Shown here piece after piece: positions 9,674 through 17,242 of a DNA stretch of 63,415 nt. The translations under genes and the position numbers were made by a program. A model generated the notes under the pieces. It was given only the letters and a program-made list of their open reading frames with translations. It had not been told where the DNA came from and searched no databases. This stretch comes from a virus (Duplodnaviria; Caudoviricetes), in IMG/VR virus record IMGVR_UViG_3300025085_000016, positions 1-63,415 of that record. The stretch is one strand, 5' to 3'. The stretch's first letter is position 1; every line of letters starts with the position of its first letter.

Positions 9674-10363
9674 GTGAGAGTTCTAATTATCGGAGATACC
9701 CACTGCCCAGCTATGCACCCTCGCTACCCAGAGTGGTTAGCGGAAATTCACAGCCAGTGGCAATGCGAGCGAGTCGTTCACATCGGGGATCTAGTTGACA
9801 ACTTGGCACTCAACTTTCACAAGAAGAACCCCAAGCTAAAGAACCCTGTCCGAGAGAAAGAGAAAGCACAGGAACAGGTTGCTAAGCTGACTGGCTTCTT
9901 TCCAAAAGCTGACTGGCTACTGGGAAACCATGACATCCTGCCTTGGAGATGGGCGGACGAAGTTGGACTTCCCCATGACTACCTGAGAAAGCCGGGGCAT
10001 ATCTGGAGTGTGAAATGGAAAGCACACCCTCGCTACACTGACCTAAAGATCGACGGAGTCCTGTACCGTCACGGAGACAAAGGAAAGGGCGGTCGCATGG
10101 CTGCACTCAGCAATGCTGCCTGCGAACATGTATCTCTAGTTCAGGGACACCTTCATCAGCAAGGCGGCGTTGAGTACATGGCAAACAGCAAGCATCGCAT
10201 ATTTGGATGCCAGACTGGATGTGGGGTTGACGACAAAAGCCTCCATTTCGAGTACGGAAGAAAGTACAACCAAAAAAGCATATTGGGATGCTCAGTGGTA
10301 GTGGACGGACACACTGCATACTTTGAACCAATGCCCGATAAACTTGCAAAGGATTTGAAATGA
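9674..10363 (+). CDS. Calcineurin-like metallophosphoesterase
   Basis: All five motifs: IGDTH, GDLVD, GNHD, HGD, GHLH. Confidence 0.9.
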   Translation: MRVLIIGDTHCPAMHPRYPEWLAEIHSQWQCERVVHIGDLVDNLALNFHKKNPKLKNPVREKEKAQEQVAKLTGFFPKADWLLGNHDILPWRWADEVGLPHDYLRKPGHIWSVKWKAHPRYTDLKIDGVLYRHGDKGKGGRMAALSNAACEHVSLVQGHLHQQGGVEYMANSKHRIFGCQTGCGVDDKSLHFEYGRKYNQKSILGCSVVVDGHTAYFEPMPDKLAKDLK

Positions 10364-10599
10364 AAACGAACGACATCGTTGCGGTGACATTCTTAGATCA
10401 TGTTGAGTCACCAAAGGTTTCCAAAGCTGAGAAATTCACAGTATTCGGTAGGGTGATTCAAGTGACATCACGATCTATCATCGTCGGAGCTTGGTGCTAC
10501 GCAAACAAACGTAGGAAGTGCGATCACAATACGAACACATACACAATCCTAAGATCGTGTATCGAGAATGTTGACATCTTAGTTCCGAAAGAAGACTAG
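10360..10599 (+). CDS. Small hypothetical phage protein
   Basis: 79 aa, ATGA-coupled to the phosphoesterase. Confidence 0.65.
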   Translation: MKTNDIVAVTFLDHVESPKVSKAEKFTVFGRVIQVTSRSIIVGAWCYANKRRKCDHNTNTYTILRSCIENVDILVPKED

Positions 10600-10883
10600 C
10601 GTGGCCTTTTTCTTCTGAGCCTAGCCCCATGCTTTCGTGCGTCTAGGTATCTTGCGAGCCTACGCTGGCGATACGTCTTGGGGTACAGGTTGATGTCACT
10701 TGCTCTCTTTTTGCTCGGCCTGTGGTCGCTCACTCTGATCTTTAGCGACCTCTTGTCCTTCTTCGCGTAGACGTATCTGCTCAGGCTCTTGTTGCTCCTG
10801 CCTTGGGAAACAGACCATCCCCGTCTCTTGAAAGTATCCACAACCGACCGTACAACTCTTGCAATCGACTGAGCGTCTGTCAT
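10596..10883 (-). CDS. Basic hypothetical protein (S.S.Y...IRVSDH motif)
   Basis: SNKSLSRYVY...LKIRVSDH; start placed at MTDAQ. Confidence 0.55.
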   Translation of the reverse strand: MTDAQSIARVVRSVVDTFKRRGWSVSQGRSNKSLSRYVYAKKDKRSLKIRVSDHRPSKKRASDINLYPKTYRQRRLARYLDARKHGARLRRKRPR

Positions 10884-11039
10884 TCCATCTGATCTCGTCG
10901 TAGTTAGAATCAAACTTGTTTTTATCTACTGGTCGTGGCGCATCGCCTTTGCCGTTCACCATCCCCTCCGTGATATGAGAAGCAAGGCTACAGCGATCAT
11001 CATGGCCCCGATGATTAACATCCAGACTGCGATCATCAC
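10696..11039 (-). CDS. Hypothetical protein containing GKGDAPRP...NYDEI motif
   Basis: Motif recurrent in small phage ORFs; boundaries uncertain because of the overlap. Confidence 0.4.
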
Positions 11040-11404
11040 TCACCTCCCCCGGCTTGTTCGATGATGGCTCTCTCAAGTAGATGGACCCTCTGCTTGAGAT
11101 TCGCCATTTCTTTCTGCTGGTCGAGCCAGTCAAACCAATCAATCAAAACAAGAGATGTGCCACCGTCCTCCCTGAAGACAACAACATCAACATGCTCTGT
11201 TGGTTTCAGGAACTTGGCGATTGACTTTCGCCGTTTCGCCTGCACCTTCTGGCCGTTCACTAGGCAATCAACTTCCTCATGCATACCCATCGAACGACCG
11301 TCCGACCCCCAAGCCCGCTTAGCCTCTAGGCCGGATGCCTCGGCCTGCTTGACCAGTTCTCGCTCATATCCGTTTCCCTTGCGCTTGCTTGCACTACCAC
11401 CCAT
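11036..11404 (-). CDS. Holliday junction resolvase-like PD-(D/E)xK nuclease (Hjc type)
   Basis: SKRKGNGYERELV, VDCLV, VQAKRR. Confidence 0.75.
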   Translation of the reverse strand: MGGSASKRKGNGYERELVKQAEASGLEAKRAWGSDGRSMGMHEEVDCLVNGQKVQAKRRKSIAKFLKPTEHVDVVVFREDGGTSLVLIDWFDWLDQQKEMANLKQRVHLLERAIIEQAGGGE

Positions 11405-11658
11405 TACTCATCCCCTCGTAGACATGTGACATTGAACGTGACCTTCGCTTCCACATCGAAAGGAAACTCCTTTCCACTTCCGTCCTGATCGCGGACAAGT
11501 ATTCGCAGAGTTCTAGGGGTCTTTTTTTCTTTGCTGAAGTTGTACTTCCAGATCGCCATTCGTCTTGCAGCCTCTGCCATAGTGACGCTTCCCATCACCA
11601 TCCACTTAGGCCAATCTTTGTGGCCCTCGACTTTTGCCTCTCTTATTATTGGCTTCAT
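11404..11658 (-). CDS. Hypothetical protein
   Basis: ATG 11658 coupled to the upstream stop, in operon. Confidence 0.55.
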   Translation of the reverse strand: MKPIIREAKVEGHKDWPKWMVMGSVTMAEAARRMAIWKYNFSKEKKTPRTLRILVRDQDGSGKEFPFDVEAKVTFNVTCLRGDE

Positions 11659-12083
11659 GCTGACACCCCGTTCTGTTCGACTTCCTGTTGCATGTCTTTT
11701 AGTCTCGCAAGGCAAATCTCAACCTTCTCGATGGCAGTGCTTACATCACCTCCAAGCTGATGTATCGTTGCCTGATCCACTGCATCAGACAACTTTCTTT
11801 GTGCGTTATTCAAATTGACAGTTGCGATAAGGCTCTCGGAAACACTTGCACCTACCTTAACACCCCACCCCGCAAACACGCGACGACACTCTGCAATGTC
11901 CACCGCATCTTTGGTCTTCACTGCCTTGATGCACTTGCCTATCAACTCGGACTGTAGCTCGTCTTCGTTGATCGAATCCAAAATTAGCTGCCGGTCAATG
12001 TCGCGAGCCATCGCCATCCCTAACAAGATGCACTCCATCCTAAAGTGTCTTGCTGCTTTCATCTGTTCAGTTGTTCTGCTCAT
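11655..12083 (-). CDS. Hypothetical protein, weakly reminiscent of the DnaB N-terminal domain
   Basis: ATG at 12083; ECILLG...INEDEL pattern; functional hint weak. Confidence 0.45.
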   Translation of the reverse strand: MSRTTEQMKAARHFRMECILLGMAMARDIDRQLILDSINEDELQSELIGKCIKAVKTKDAVDIAECRRVFAGWGVKVGASVSESLIATVNLNNAQRKLSDAVDQATIHQLGGDVSTAIEKVEICLARLKDMQQEVEQNGVSA

Positions 12084-12252
12084 AAGTAACCTATTAGTAA
12101 TGTTGCTGGTTTGGTGAAGACGTAACGCTCCGCTATCCAGCATCGACAGATACTGGCAGGGAGCTTCGTTTTGCTGGTTCGGAGCCAGACGCAACGAGAG
12201 GGGTGCTATCACTTTCCCTCAGATGTTCAAGGCACATCCTCCAAAGCCTAAA

Positions 12253-12336
12253 GGGGGTGCGGGAGTCGAACCCGCTCGGTAGCGATGCACAGCGAGCTGC
12301 TGCGTTGGTCACCGCGAAGTGCCGTTCCATTACCCC
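12253..12336 (-). ncRNA. tRNA-like element (T-arm plus short acceptor stem, long hairpin instead of anticodon arm)
   Basis: GGGGT/ACCCC ends, GCGGG-TTCGACT-CCCGC T-arm, internal GCGGTG/CATCGC and CGCAGC/GCTGTG stems; intergenic. Confidence 0.45.
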
Positions 12337-12342
12337 AAACAC

Positions 12343-12585
12343 CTAGAAAGGTGCGTCTGCATCTGCCGAGGCAGTCGATGCTGACTGAGGTGCAGCATCC
12401 TTCACCTCAAAGCTCAAGCTCATAAACTTCATCCCCGACTTCGCCGTCTTGATCCAACTGGAGATCGAGTATTCCTTGCCGTCGATCTCGCAGTTCCCCC
12501 GGTACTGAGGCTGCTTGTTCTCGTCGGTCGCCTTGTCGTTCTTGAACAGAACTCCCCGCATGTTGTTGTCGTAATCCTTCATCAT
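12343..12585 (-). CDS. ssDNA-binding-like protein (DUF736/OB-fold type)
   Basis: GVLFKND...QPQYRG..EIDGKEY.ISSW......KFMSLS with an acidic DADAPF C-terminal tip. Confidence 0.7.
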   Translation of the reverse strand: MMKDYDNNMRGVLFKNDKATDENKQPQYRGNCEIDGKEYSISSWIKTAKSGMKFMSLSFEVKDAAPQSASTASADADAPF

Positions 12586-12775
12586 CTCTCCTAAAGTGTG
12601 AAAGCCGCTCTTCGTATGCAGAGCGACACGAATCCATAAACTCTTCATCAAGCGTGTGAGGAAGCTTGTTGAGCGACTGCACACGCAAAACCTGACCGAG
12701 AAACTCCAACGCACCTAGCGTCCTGCAATCCTTAATGCACTGGAGCAAAAAGCCTTCATTGACTTCCGTGTTCAT
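12407..12775 (-). CDS. Hypothetical protein (3' half overlaps the SSB-like gene)
   Basis: ATGA-coupled to the helicase stop; C-terminal extent doubtful. Confidence 0.45.
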   Translation of the reverse strand: MNTEVNEGFLLQCIKDCRTLGALEFLGQVLRVQSLNKLPHTLDEEFMDSCRSAYEERLSHFRRDDEGLRQQHAGSSVQERQGDRREQAASVPGELRDRRQGILDLQLDQDGEVGDEVYELEL

Positions 12776-14346
12776 ATTCGCCTCCCTGCGTAGTAGTCCT
12801 TGACTGTCCGCCCCCAGTCTGAGCCGCGAGTCGGAAGCTGAACGCTTGATATTTCGTGCGGCTTCAAGACCTTTACGCCCTCTATGCGGGCCTGACGCTC
12901 AGCCTGCTTGTAGGCAAGCTTGATGGTCCCTTGTCCCTGCCCGTTTCGGAACGCATAGAGCTTCTGACGAACGATGTCATCGAATCGTTTTCGACGCTTG
13001 TGCTTCGTGAGACGACCCACTTTTCGCTCAGTGAGCTTGCCATCAATCTCTCGGACCATGCGTACACTGCGGTTGTGCTTGTGTCCGCACTCGAAGCAAA
13101 CACCACCACCTGTCCTAGCTGCGCCGCACTTTGGACAAACGATTGGTTCCAAACCTGAACCCTTCGCTTCTTGCCTGCGTTTCCTGAGATCCTTCTGCAT
13201 CGAGTTGTTCGTGCAGCCAAGCTCCCAATCGCGATCCACAAATGGAAAATCGTGGCGATCTGTGCTTCCAGAGTGATCCTGAATAATCACATGGTCGTAG
13301 TTCGAGTGATAACGAAGTACCCTGCCTACCGACTGGAGGTAAGTCGAGAGTCCTGCCATCGTCGAGCAGATGATCGCGTGATATAGCCACGGCATGTTGA
13401 CACTCTCGCGAAGTACAAACCGATTGTGAACGATCTTGAAAGTTCCATCCTTGGAACCATCAATCACCTCCTGACGAGCATCGACAGTAGAGTCGTACTC
13501 GTCCACACCACTGAAGTCCGCTCTGCACATGACAACCCTCGATCCGTCGATGGATGCGGTTCGTACTCCCCGCTGCATGAACTTGTAGACGTACCCAACC
13601 GCACTGCTCACATCCGGTGCGAACAGAACTGCGGGTAGGGCTTCAGGATTTAGACGTTTCCATTCGTCGTACACCCGTCCGTGGATTGACTCGATGTGAT
13701 TTATCTTTGCGTCGATAGCCGCTGATATTTCGCCCGACGACTGTATCTTCATTACATCGCGATCATTGCGAGCTACGCAAGCTGGTATCTCTGGAACAAA
13801 GACCTTTGCTGGCAAGTGAGCCTTGCAATCAAGAAGCTCTTGAAATGTTGGCCCCTGAACCAGTTCGTCATAGCTAGCAGAGAGTCCCACAGGTGTTGCG
13901 GTATAACCAATGATTGCCTTGCATCCATTCGTGCGGTGAGCATCAAACACTTCTTGAGCCTGCTTGCTCACCATCTGATGCGCTTCATCAACAATGACTA
14001 TGTCAGCGTCGAACACTGCACCAGACCGGGCTGCTACTGTCTGAAGTTGGCACACCTGAACTTTTGCAAAGAAGTCTTTCTTCGACTTGAAAGCTGCTGC
14101 GATCCCCCCATACCTAATCCCCGACTCCTCTAGCATGTCCATAAGCTGCTTCGTATTCTGGATGCGAACGGAGTACACCGCCACCTTCAGGTTGTTCTTC
14201 AACGCACCCTCGATGATTCGTCTCATCATCAGCGTCTTGCCTGCTCCACAGGGAGCGACAACACACCACCGCTTACACTTCTTCGCCCACATTACTTGGC
14301 AGTCGCGGTGAATCCTGTCTTGATGCGGCCAAGCTGTTAGTTTCAT
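12772..14346 (-). CDS. Superfamily 2 (DEAH) helicase with C-terminal zinc ribbon
   Basis: APCGAGKT, IVDEAH, TAT, QSVGRVLR, CPKC...CFECG; ATG 14346 overlaps the upstream TGA. Confidence 0.9.
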   Translation of the reverse strand: MKLTAWPHQDRIHRDCQVMWAKKCKRWCVVAPCGAGKTLMMRRIIEGALKNNLKVAVYSVRIQNTKQLMDMLEESGIRYGGIAAAFKSKKDFFAKVQVCQLQTVAARSGAVFDADIVIVDEAHQMVSKQAQEVFDAHRTNGCKAIIGYTATPVGLSASYDELVQGPTFQELLDCKAHLPAKVFVPEIPACVARNDRDVMKIQSSGEISAAIDAKINHIESIHGRVYDEWKRLNPEALPAVLFAPDVSSAVGYVYKFMQRGVRTASIDGSRVVMCRADFSGVDEYDSTVDARQEVIDGSKDGTFKIVHNRFVLRESVNMPWLYHAIICSTMAGLSTYLQSVGRVLRYHSNYDHVIIQDHSGSTDRHDFPFVDRDWELGCTNNSMQKDLRKRRQEAKGSGLEPIVCPKCGAARTGGGVCFECGHKHNRSVRMVREIDGKLTERKVGRLTKHKRRKRFDDIVRQKLYAFRNGQGQGTIKLAYKQAERQARIEGVKVLKPHEISSVQLPTRGSDWGRTVKDYYAGRRI

Positions 14347-14996
14347 ATCTGCTCCAATCTGTCTTCGATGAGATTGAGCATCCGGTCGAACTCTTTCCCG
14401 ATCAGCCCAAGCTGACCTGCGTTCTTTTTGAACTTGGCAAGAGCCTCCAAAGCCCGCCTTGCACACTGCTTTGCCTCGTCGCCAGTCACTGGTTCGCTTG
14501 AGGGGCTGGATTCAGGAGTGTCAACTTGAGTTGACATCTTGGGGGTCGGTGCTGGAGAAGAGACTTCCTTGACTGCCTTCTTCATAAGCGATGTTGTGAC
14601 GACTTGTTTTCCCTCGTCCGCTGCCATGTCACGCGCTTTCTCGATGACTTCAGCAGCAGACGAATCATCCATTCCGATAAGCGGTCTAACAGAAGCTTCG
14701 TGAAGATCGCTTACGTCAATGTTCTGAGACAGCCTTTTCGCCATATCGACAAAGTCAATTATCTGGTGAACCCTCTGCCTACTGATTTGCCACTTCTCTT
14801 TGCAGTACGACTCAAAGTTGGTGTACCCAACAGATATGTAGAGCCTGCTGTCTCTGATCTCTTTTAGTGCAGCGTAGCCTTCCCTTTGCTTCTTGCGACC
14901 GTGTTCGACGATCTTCTCCAGATTCTCAAGGCGAGTCTTGTCTGCTTCCGTTACTTCAAGTTCCATCTTTAGATCCTTATTTGATTCTGATTCCAC
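14343..14996 (-). CDS. DUF3102-related helical DNA-binding protein
   Basis: ALKEIRDSRLY...FESYCKEKWQISRQRVHQII...EASVRPL pattern; carries the 18-bp palindrome in its own gene. Confidence 0.6.
   Translation of the reverse strand: MESESNKDLKMELEVTEADKTRLENLEKIVEHGRKKQREGYAALKEIRDSRLYISVGYTNFESYCKEKWQISRQRVHQIIDFVDMAKRLSQNIDVSDLHEASVRPLIGMDDSSAAEVIEKARDMAADEGKQVVTTSLMKKAVKEVSSPAPTPKMSTQVDTPESSPSSEPVTGDEAKQCARRALEALAKFKKNAGQLGLIGKEFDRMLNLIEDRLEQI
14519..14536. repeat. 18-bp inverted repeat TGTCAACTTGAGTTGACA, copy 2 (in CDS)
   Basis: Exact copy, encodes MSTQVD on the minus strand. Confidence 0.95.
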
Positions 14997-15330
14997 AAAC
15001 GGTTCGACCCGCGAACCGCACCTTGTTGTCTACATAGAGAGTGACGGTCTTACCCGCCCATTCGCGAACGTCCGTCCCGAACTTCGCTACCATCGTTTTC
15101 CTGTTGGTGTTGTTAAGAACCAACTGCTTTTGCTTCTTCTCAAACTCAAGCGTGTAGACAGTCGGTTCCTTCCTACCCTTGTCAAACTCGACATCCTTGT
15201 AGCGGTGACAGCGAACGACTTTGACTTTGACATCACCGACATCAAGCAAGTCCTCGCTCGCCAACCACGGAGACTCCTTCATCTCCGAACTTCTCCCCTC
15301 AAACACTTCCCCGTTTGGTTTTTTATTCAT
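14977..15330 (-). CDS. Conserved phage recombination-module protein (OB-fold/SSB-like)
   Basis: WLASEDL...LVLNNTN...FGTD...WAGK.VTL...GIRI; sits directly after the RecE-like nuclease. Confidence 0.6.
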   Translation of the reverse strand: MNKKPNGEVFEGRSSEMKESPWLASEDLLDVGDVKVKVVRCHRYKDVEFDKGRKEPTVYTLEFEKKQKQLVLNNTNRKTMVAKFGTDVREWAGKTVTLYVDNKVRFAGRTVCGIRIK

Positions 15331-16177
15331 CAAACCCCTCCAGTTCGCCTTCCTCGTCAACACCCACATCCCACGGGTCCAAGGTCAAATAAGTTGGCGA
15401 GGACTCCCAGTCCTCGCTCCAGTCGTTCTCGTCGGTTCGTCTTTTCAATTCATTGAGCAGGCGAACGTATGCTTCGCTCGCTCTCTCGCGGCTGATCTGG
15501 TCCCATTCGTACTGGGCGATTCGGAAGGGCCAAACGCTCTCAACTACCCAGAACTGGAACTTCACAGGCTTTCCGGTGATGTGGGCCAGTCCACTGGAGT
15601 AGTGTGCGTCCTGTAACCAGTACCCAAGTCGCTTAGCTATCCGTCCCCAGTTACTGGGTGAGATGCCTTCGCTTACTTTGAGGTCGTAGCAGATGACACT
15701 GTCCTCGGCTTCATACATGAAGTCTGGCTTTGCTTTGCAATCCAGCCCTGTCCCCATGTCCGTCCAGAAGATGGCTTCCTCAAACACGATGTCGTCGCGA
15801 CCGATGAGCTTTCCAAGGTCGTGGTGAAGGACTGCGTTGCAGATAGAGAACACTCGCTTGTATTCATCTTCCTTGACTGCGACCTTTCCCTGAGACTTCA
15901 TTAGCTCGCGGAACTCTTTCGCGGGCTTTGGCTTCAGCCTGTCCCCCACACCCAAGCAATCCATCGGGTAAGGAACGATGACCTCAGACACATCCCTCTT
16001 TTCAAGCAAGGCTTGGTGGACCATGTCCCCGATAATGACAGCCCGCTTATCCGAAAGATCCGGCTTTGGCTGCTCCCCGGTGACGTAGCAAGCCTGATAC
16101 TTGCGAGGGTTGCTCTTCAGCATCTTCAGACTAGATGTCTGCACTCTCTTCAGCGCGTGATACTCTTGGTTATCCAT
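15323..16177 (-). CDS. RecE/exonuclease VIII-like PD-(D/E)xK nuclease (DUF3799 type)
   Basis: YHA...SSLK, G...H.ALLE, CKAKPD, YDLK, YWLQDAHY. Confidence 0.85.
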   Translation of the reverse strand: MDNQEYHALKRVQTSSLKMLKSNPRKYQACYVTGEQPKPDLSDKRAVIIGDMVHQALLEKRDVSEVIVPYPMDCLGVGDRLKPKPAKEFRELMKSQGKVAVKEDEYKRVFSICNAVLHHDLGKLIGRDDIVFEEAIFWTDMGTGLDCKAKPDFMYEAEDSVICYDLKVSEGISPSNWGRIAKRLGYWLQDAHYSSGLAHITGKPVKFQFWVVESVWPFRIAQYEWDQISRERASEAYVRLLNELKRRTDENDWSEDWESSPTYLTLDPWDVGVDEEGELEGFDE

Positions 16178-16371
16178 CCCGCTCCACTCCTTCTGTTGCG
16201 TTTCGTTCTCTTTCCTGTATCTGCAAGTCGATCAACTCGCACGTTTGGTGGTGCGTCGATGACACACTTAACCTTCCCCTGACCGCTTGGTTCGACGAAA
16301 AGCCGAACAACGGTTCCATCTGGCAACGTGAGAGCTAATCCCTCGCCGCCCCGTCTGCTCAAAACGAGCAT
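16150..16371 (-). CDS. csrA: CsrA/RsmA-like RNA-binding translational regulator
   Basis: MLVLSRRGGE...KVKCVIDAPPNVRVDR aligns to CsrA MLILTRRVGE...VRIGVNAPKEVSVHR; SD GGAGGT upstream of ATG 16371. Confidence 0.7.
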   Translation of the reverse strand: MLVLSRRGGEGLALTLPDGTVVRLFVEPSGQGKVKCVIDAPPNVRVDRLADTGKRTKRNRRSGAGWITKSITR

Positions 16372-16865
16372 CCAAACACCTCCTTTAATTTGATTTCTCG
16401 AATGCCACCCCCATCCAAACCCGTCCATTCATCCATGTAGTCCGTGCGAGGCTTGGCGAGGCGTATGTTTCTGCACCTCTCCTTGATCTGCGCGGGCGTA
16501 GGAAACCGAGAAAGGTCGGTGGCTCGACATTCGTTTCGCGAAAAGATTGATCCATCACTTGCGACCACTTGCTGGTCGACCATCAGAACGAGGTCGTTAC
16601 AGACAGTGACCTGCACGAAAACATCTACTGGGTGCAAACCGAGTGCGGATAGGAGAGGAGAACCCTCAAGATTGTGCCGGTGTTCGATATGCCCGATGGA
16701 CTTACCTCTGAACCAGCTAATAGAGTGCTGGTCACACTTGGCGACCGCATCATTCTTCAGCAACTCAAACAATTCCGTGACGCTCCCCGTCGATGTGAGT
16801 CGCCATTGGGCATTGCGGTAAGCAGTGTTGACGAGAACTAACTGTCGCTGCTGTTCCGATACCAC
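16359..16865 (-). CDS. Hypothetical protein (PTPAQIKERC motif)
   Basis: 168-aa ORF heading the recombination operon, GAGG before GTG. Confidence 0.55.
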   Translation of the reverse strand: MVSEQQRQLVLVNTAYRNAQWRLTSTGSVTELFELLKNDAVAKCDQHSISWFRGKSIGHIEHRHNLEGSPLLSALGLHPVDVFVQVTVCNDLVLMVDQQVVASDGSIFSRNECRATDLSRFPTPAQIKERCRNIRLAKPRTDYMDEWTGLDGGGIREIKLKEVFGCSF

Positions 16866-17120
16866 GGCATCCTCACCTGTATCCTCACTATTGGTTAGCT
16901 TTCCCCCAGCTAACTCTGTTCAAGTGGGGATGTGGCGAACATCAAACGCAGCTAAAAAGCACCCCAGCGCATCTAAACAGCAGGGTTGCCTCACTGGAAC
17001 TCAGGTGACTGAGATCCAAAGCCGCGATAAAGACTGTGACGAAAAACATCACACACCACAAACCGCACTTGCAACAAACATAAGGGTGCAGGTATCAGAG
17101 TCAACAGGCGAATGGGAAGA

Positions 17121-17156
17121 AAATAAAAAAACCCAATGCTTGCAAAAGCACTGGGT
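17121..17156 (-). terminator. Rho-independent terminator downstream of integrase
   Basis: Minus strand ACCCAGTGCTT-TTGC-AAGCATTGGGT then TTTTTTATTT. Confidence 0.85.
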
Positions 17157-17159
17157 CTC

Positions 17160-17242
17160 GGAGGATAAGCGAATTGGTGAGCAGATTCACTGGAACTGAA
17201 TTACCCCGCAAGGGGCTGCGGGTTCGAGTCCCGTGTCCTCCG
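17160..17242 (+). tRNA. tRNA-Ser(GGA), probable attP
   Basis: Acceptor GGAGGAT/GTCCTCC with discriminator G, anticodon arm ATTCA-CTGGAAC-TGAAT, variable arm CCCC-GCAA-GGGG, T-arm GCGGG-TTCGAGT-CCCGT; weak D stem, A at position 8, no CCA. Confidence 0.8.

Noticed and set aside
12253-12336. tmRNA or a functional tRNA
   Set aside because: Too short for tmRNA, no tag ORF, only a 5-bp acceptor-like stem and no anticodon loop; kept only as a tRNA-like element
17160-17242. tRNA as a prophage/host boundary (attL or attR)
   Set aside because: Phage genes continue on both sides and no second copy of the tRNA 3' end is present
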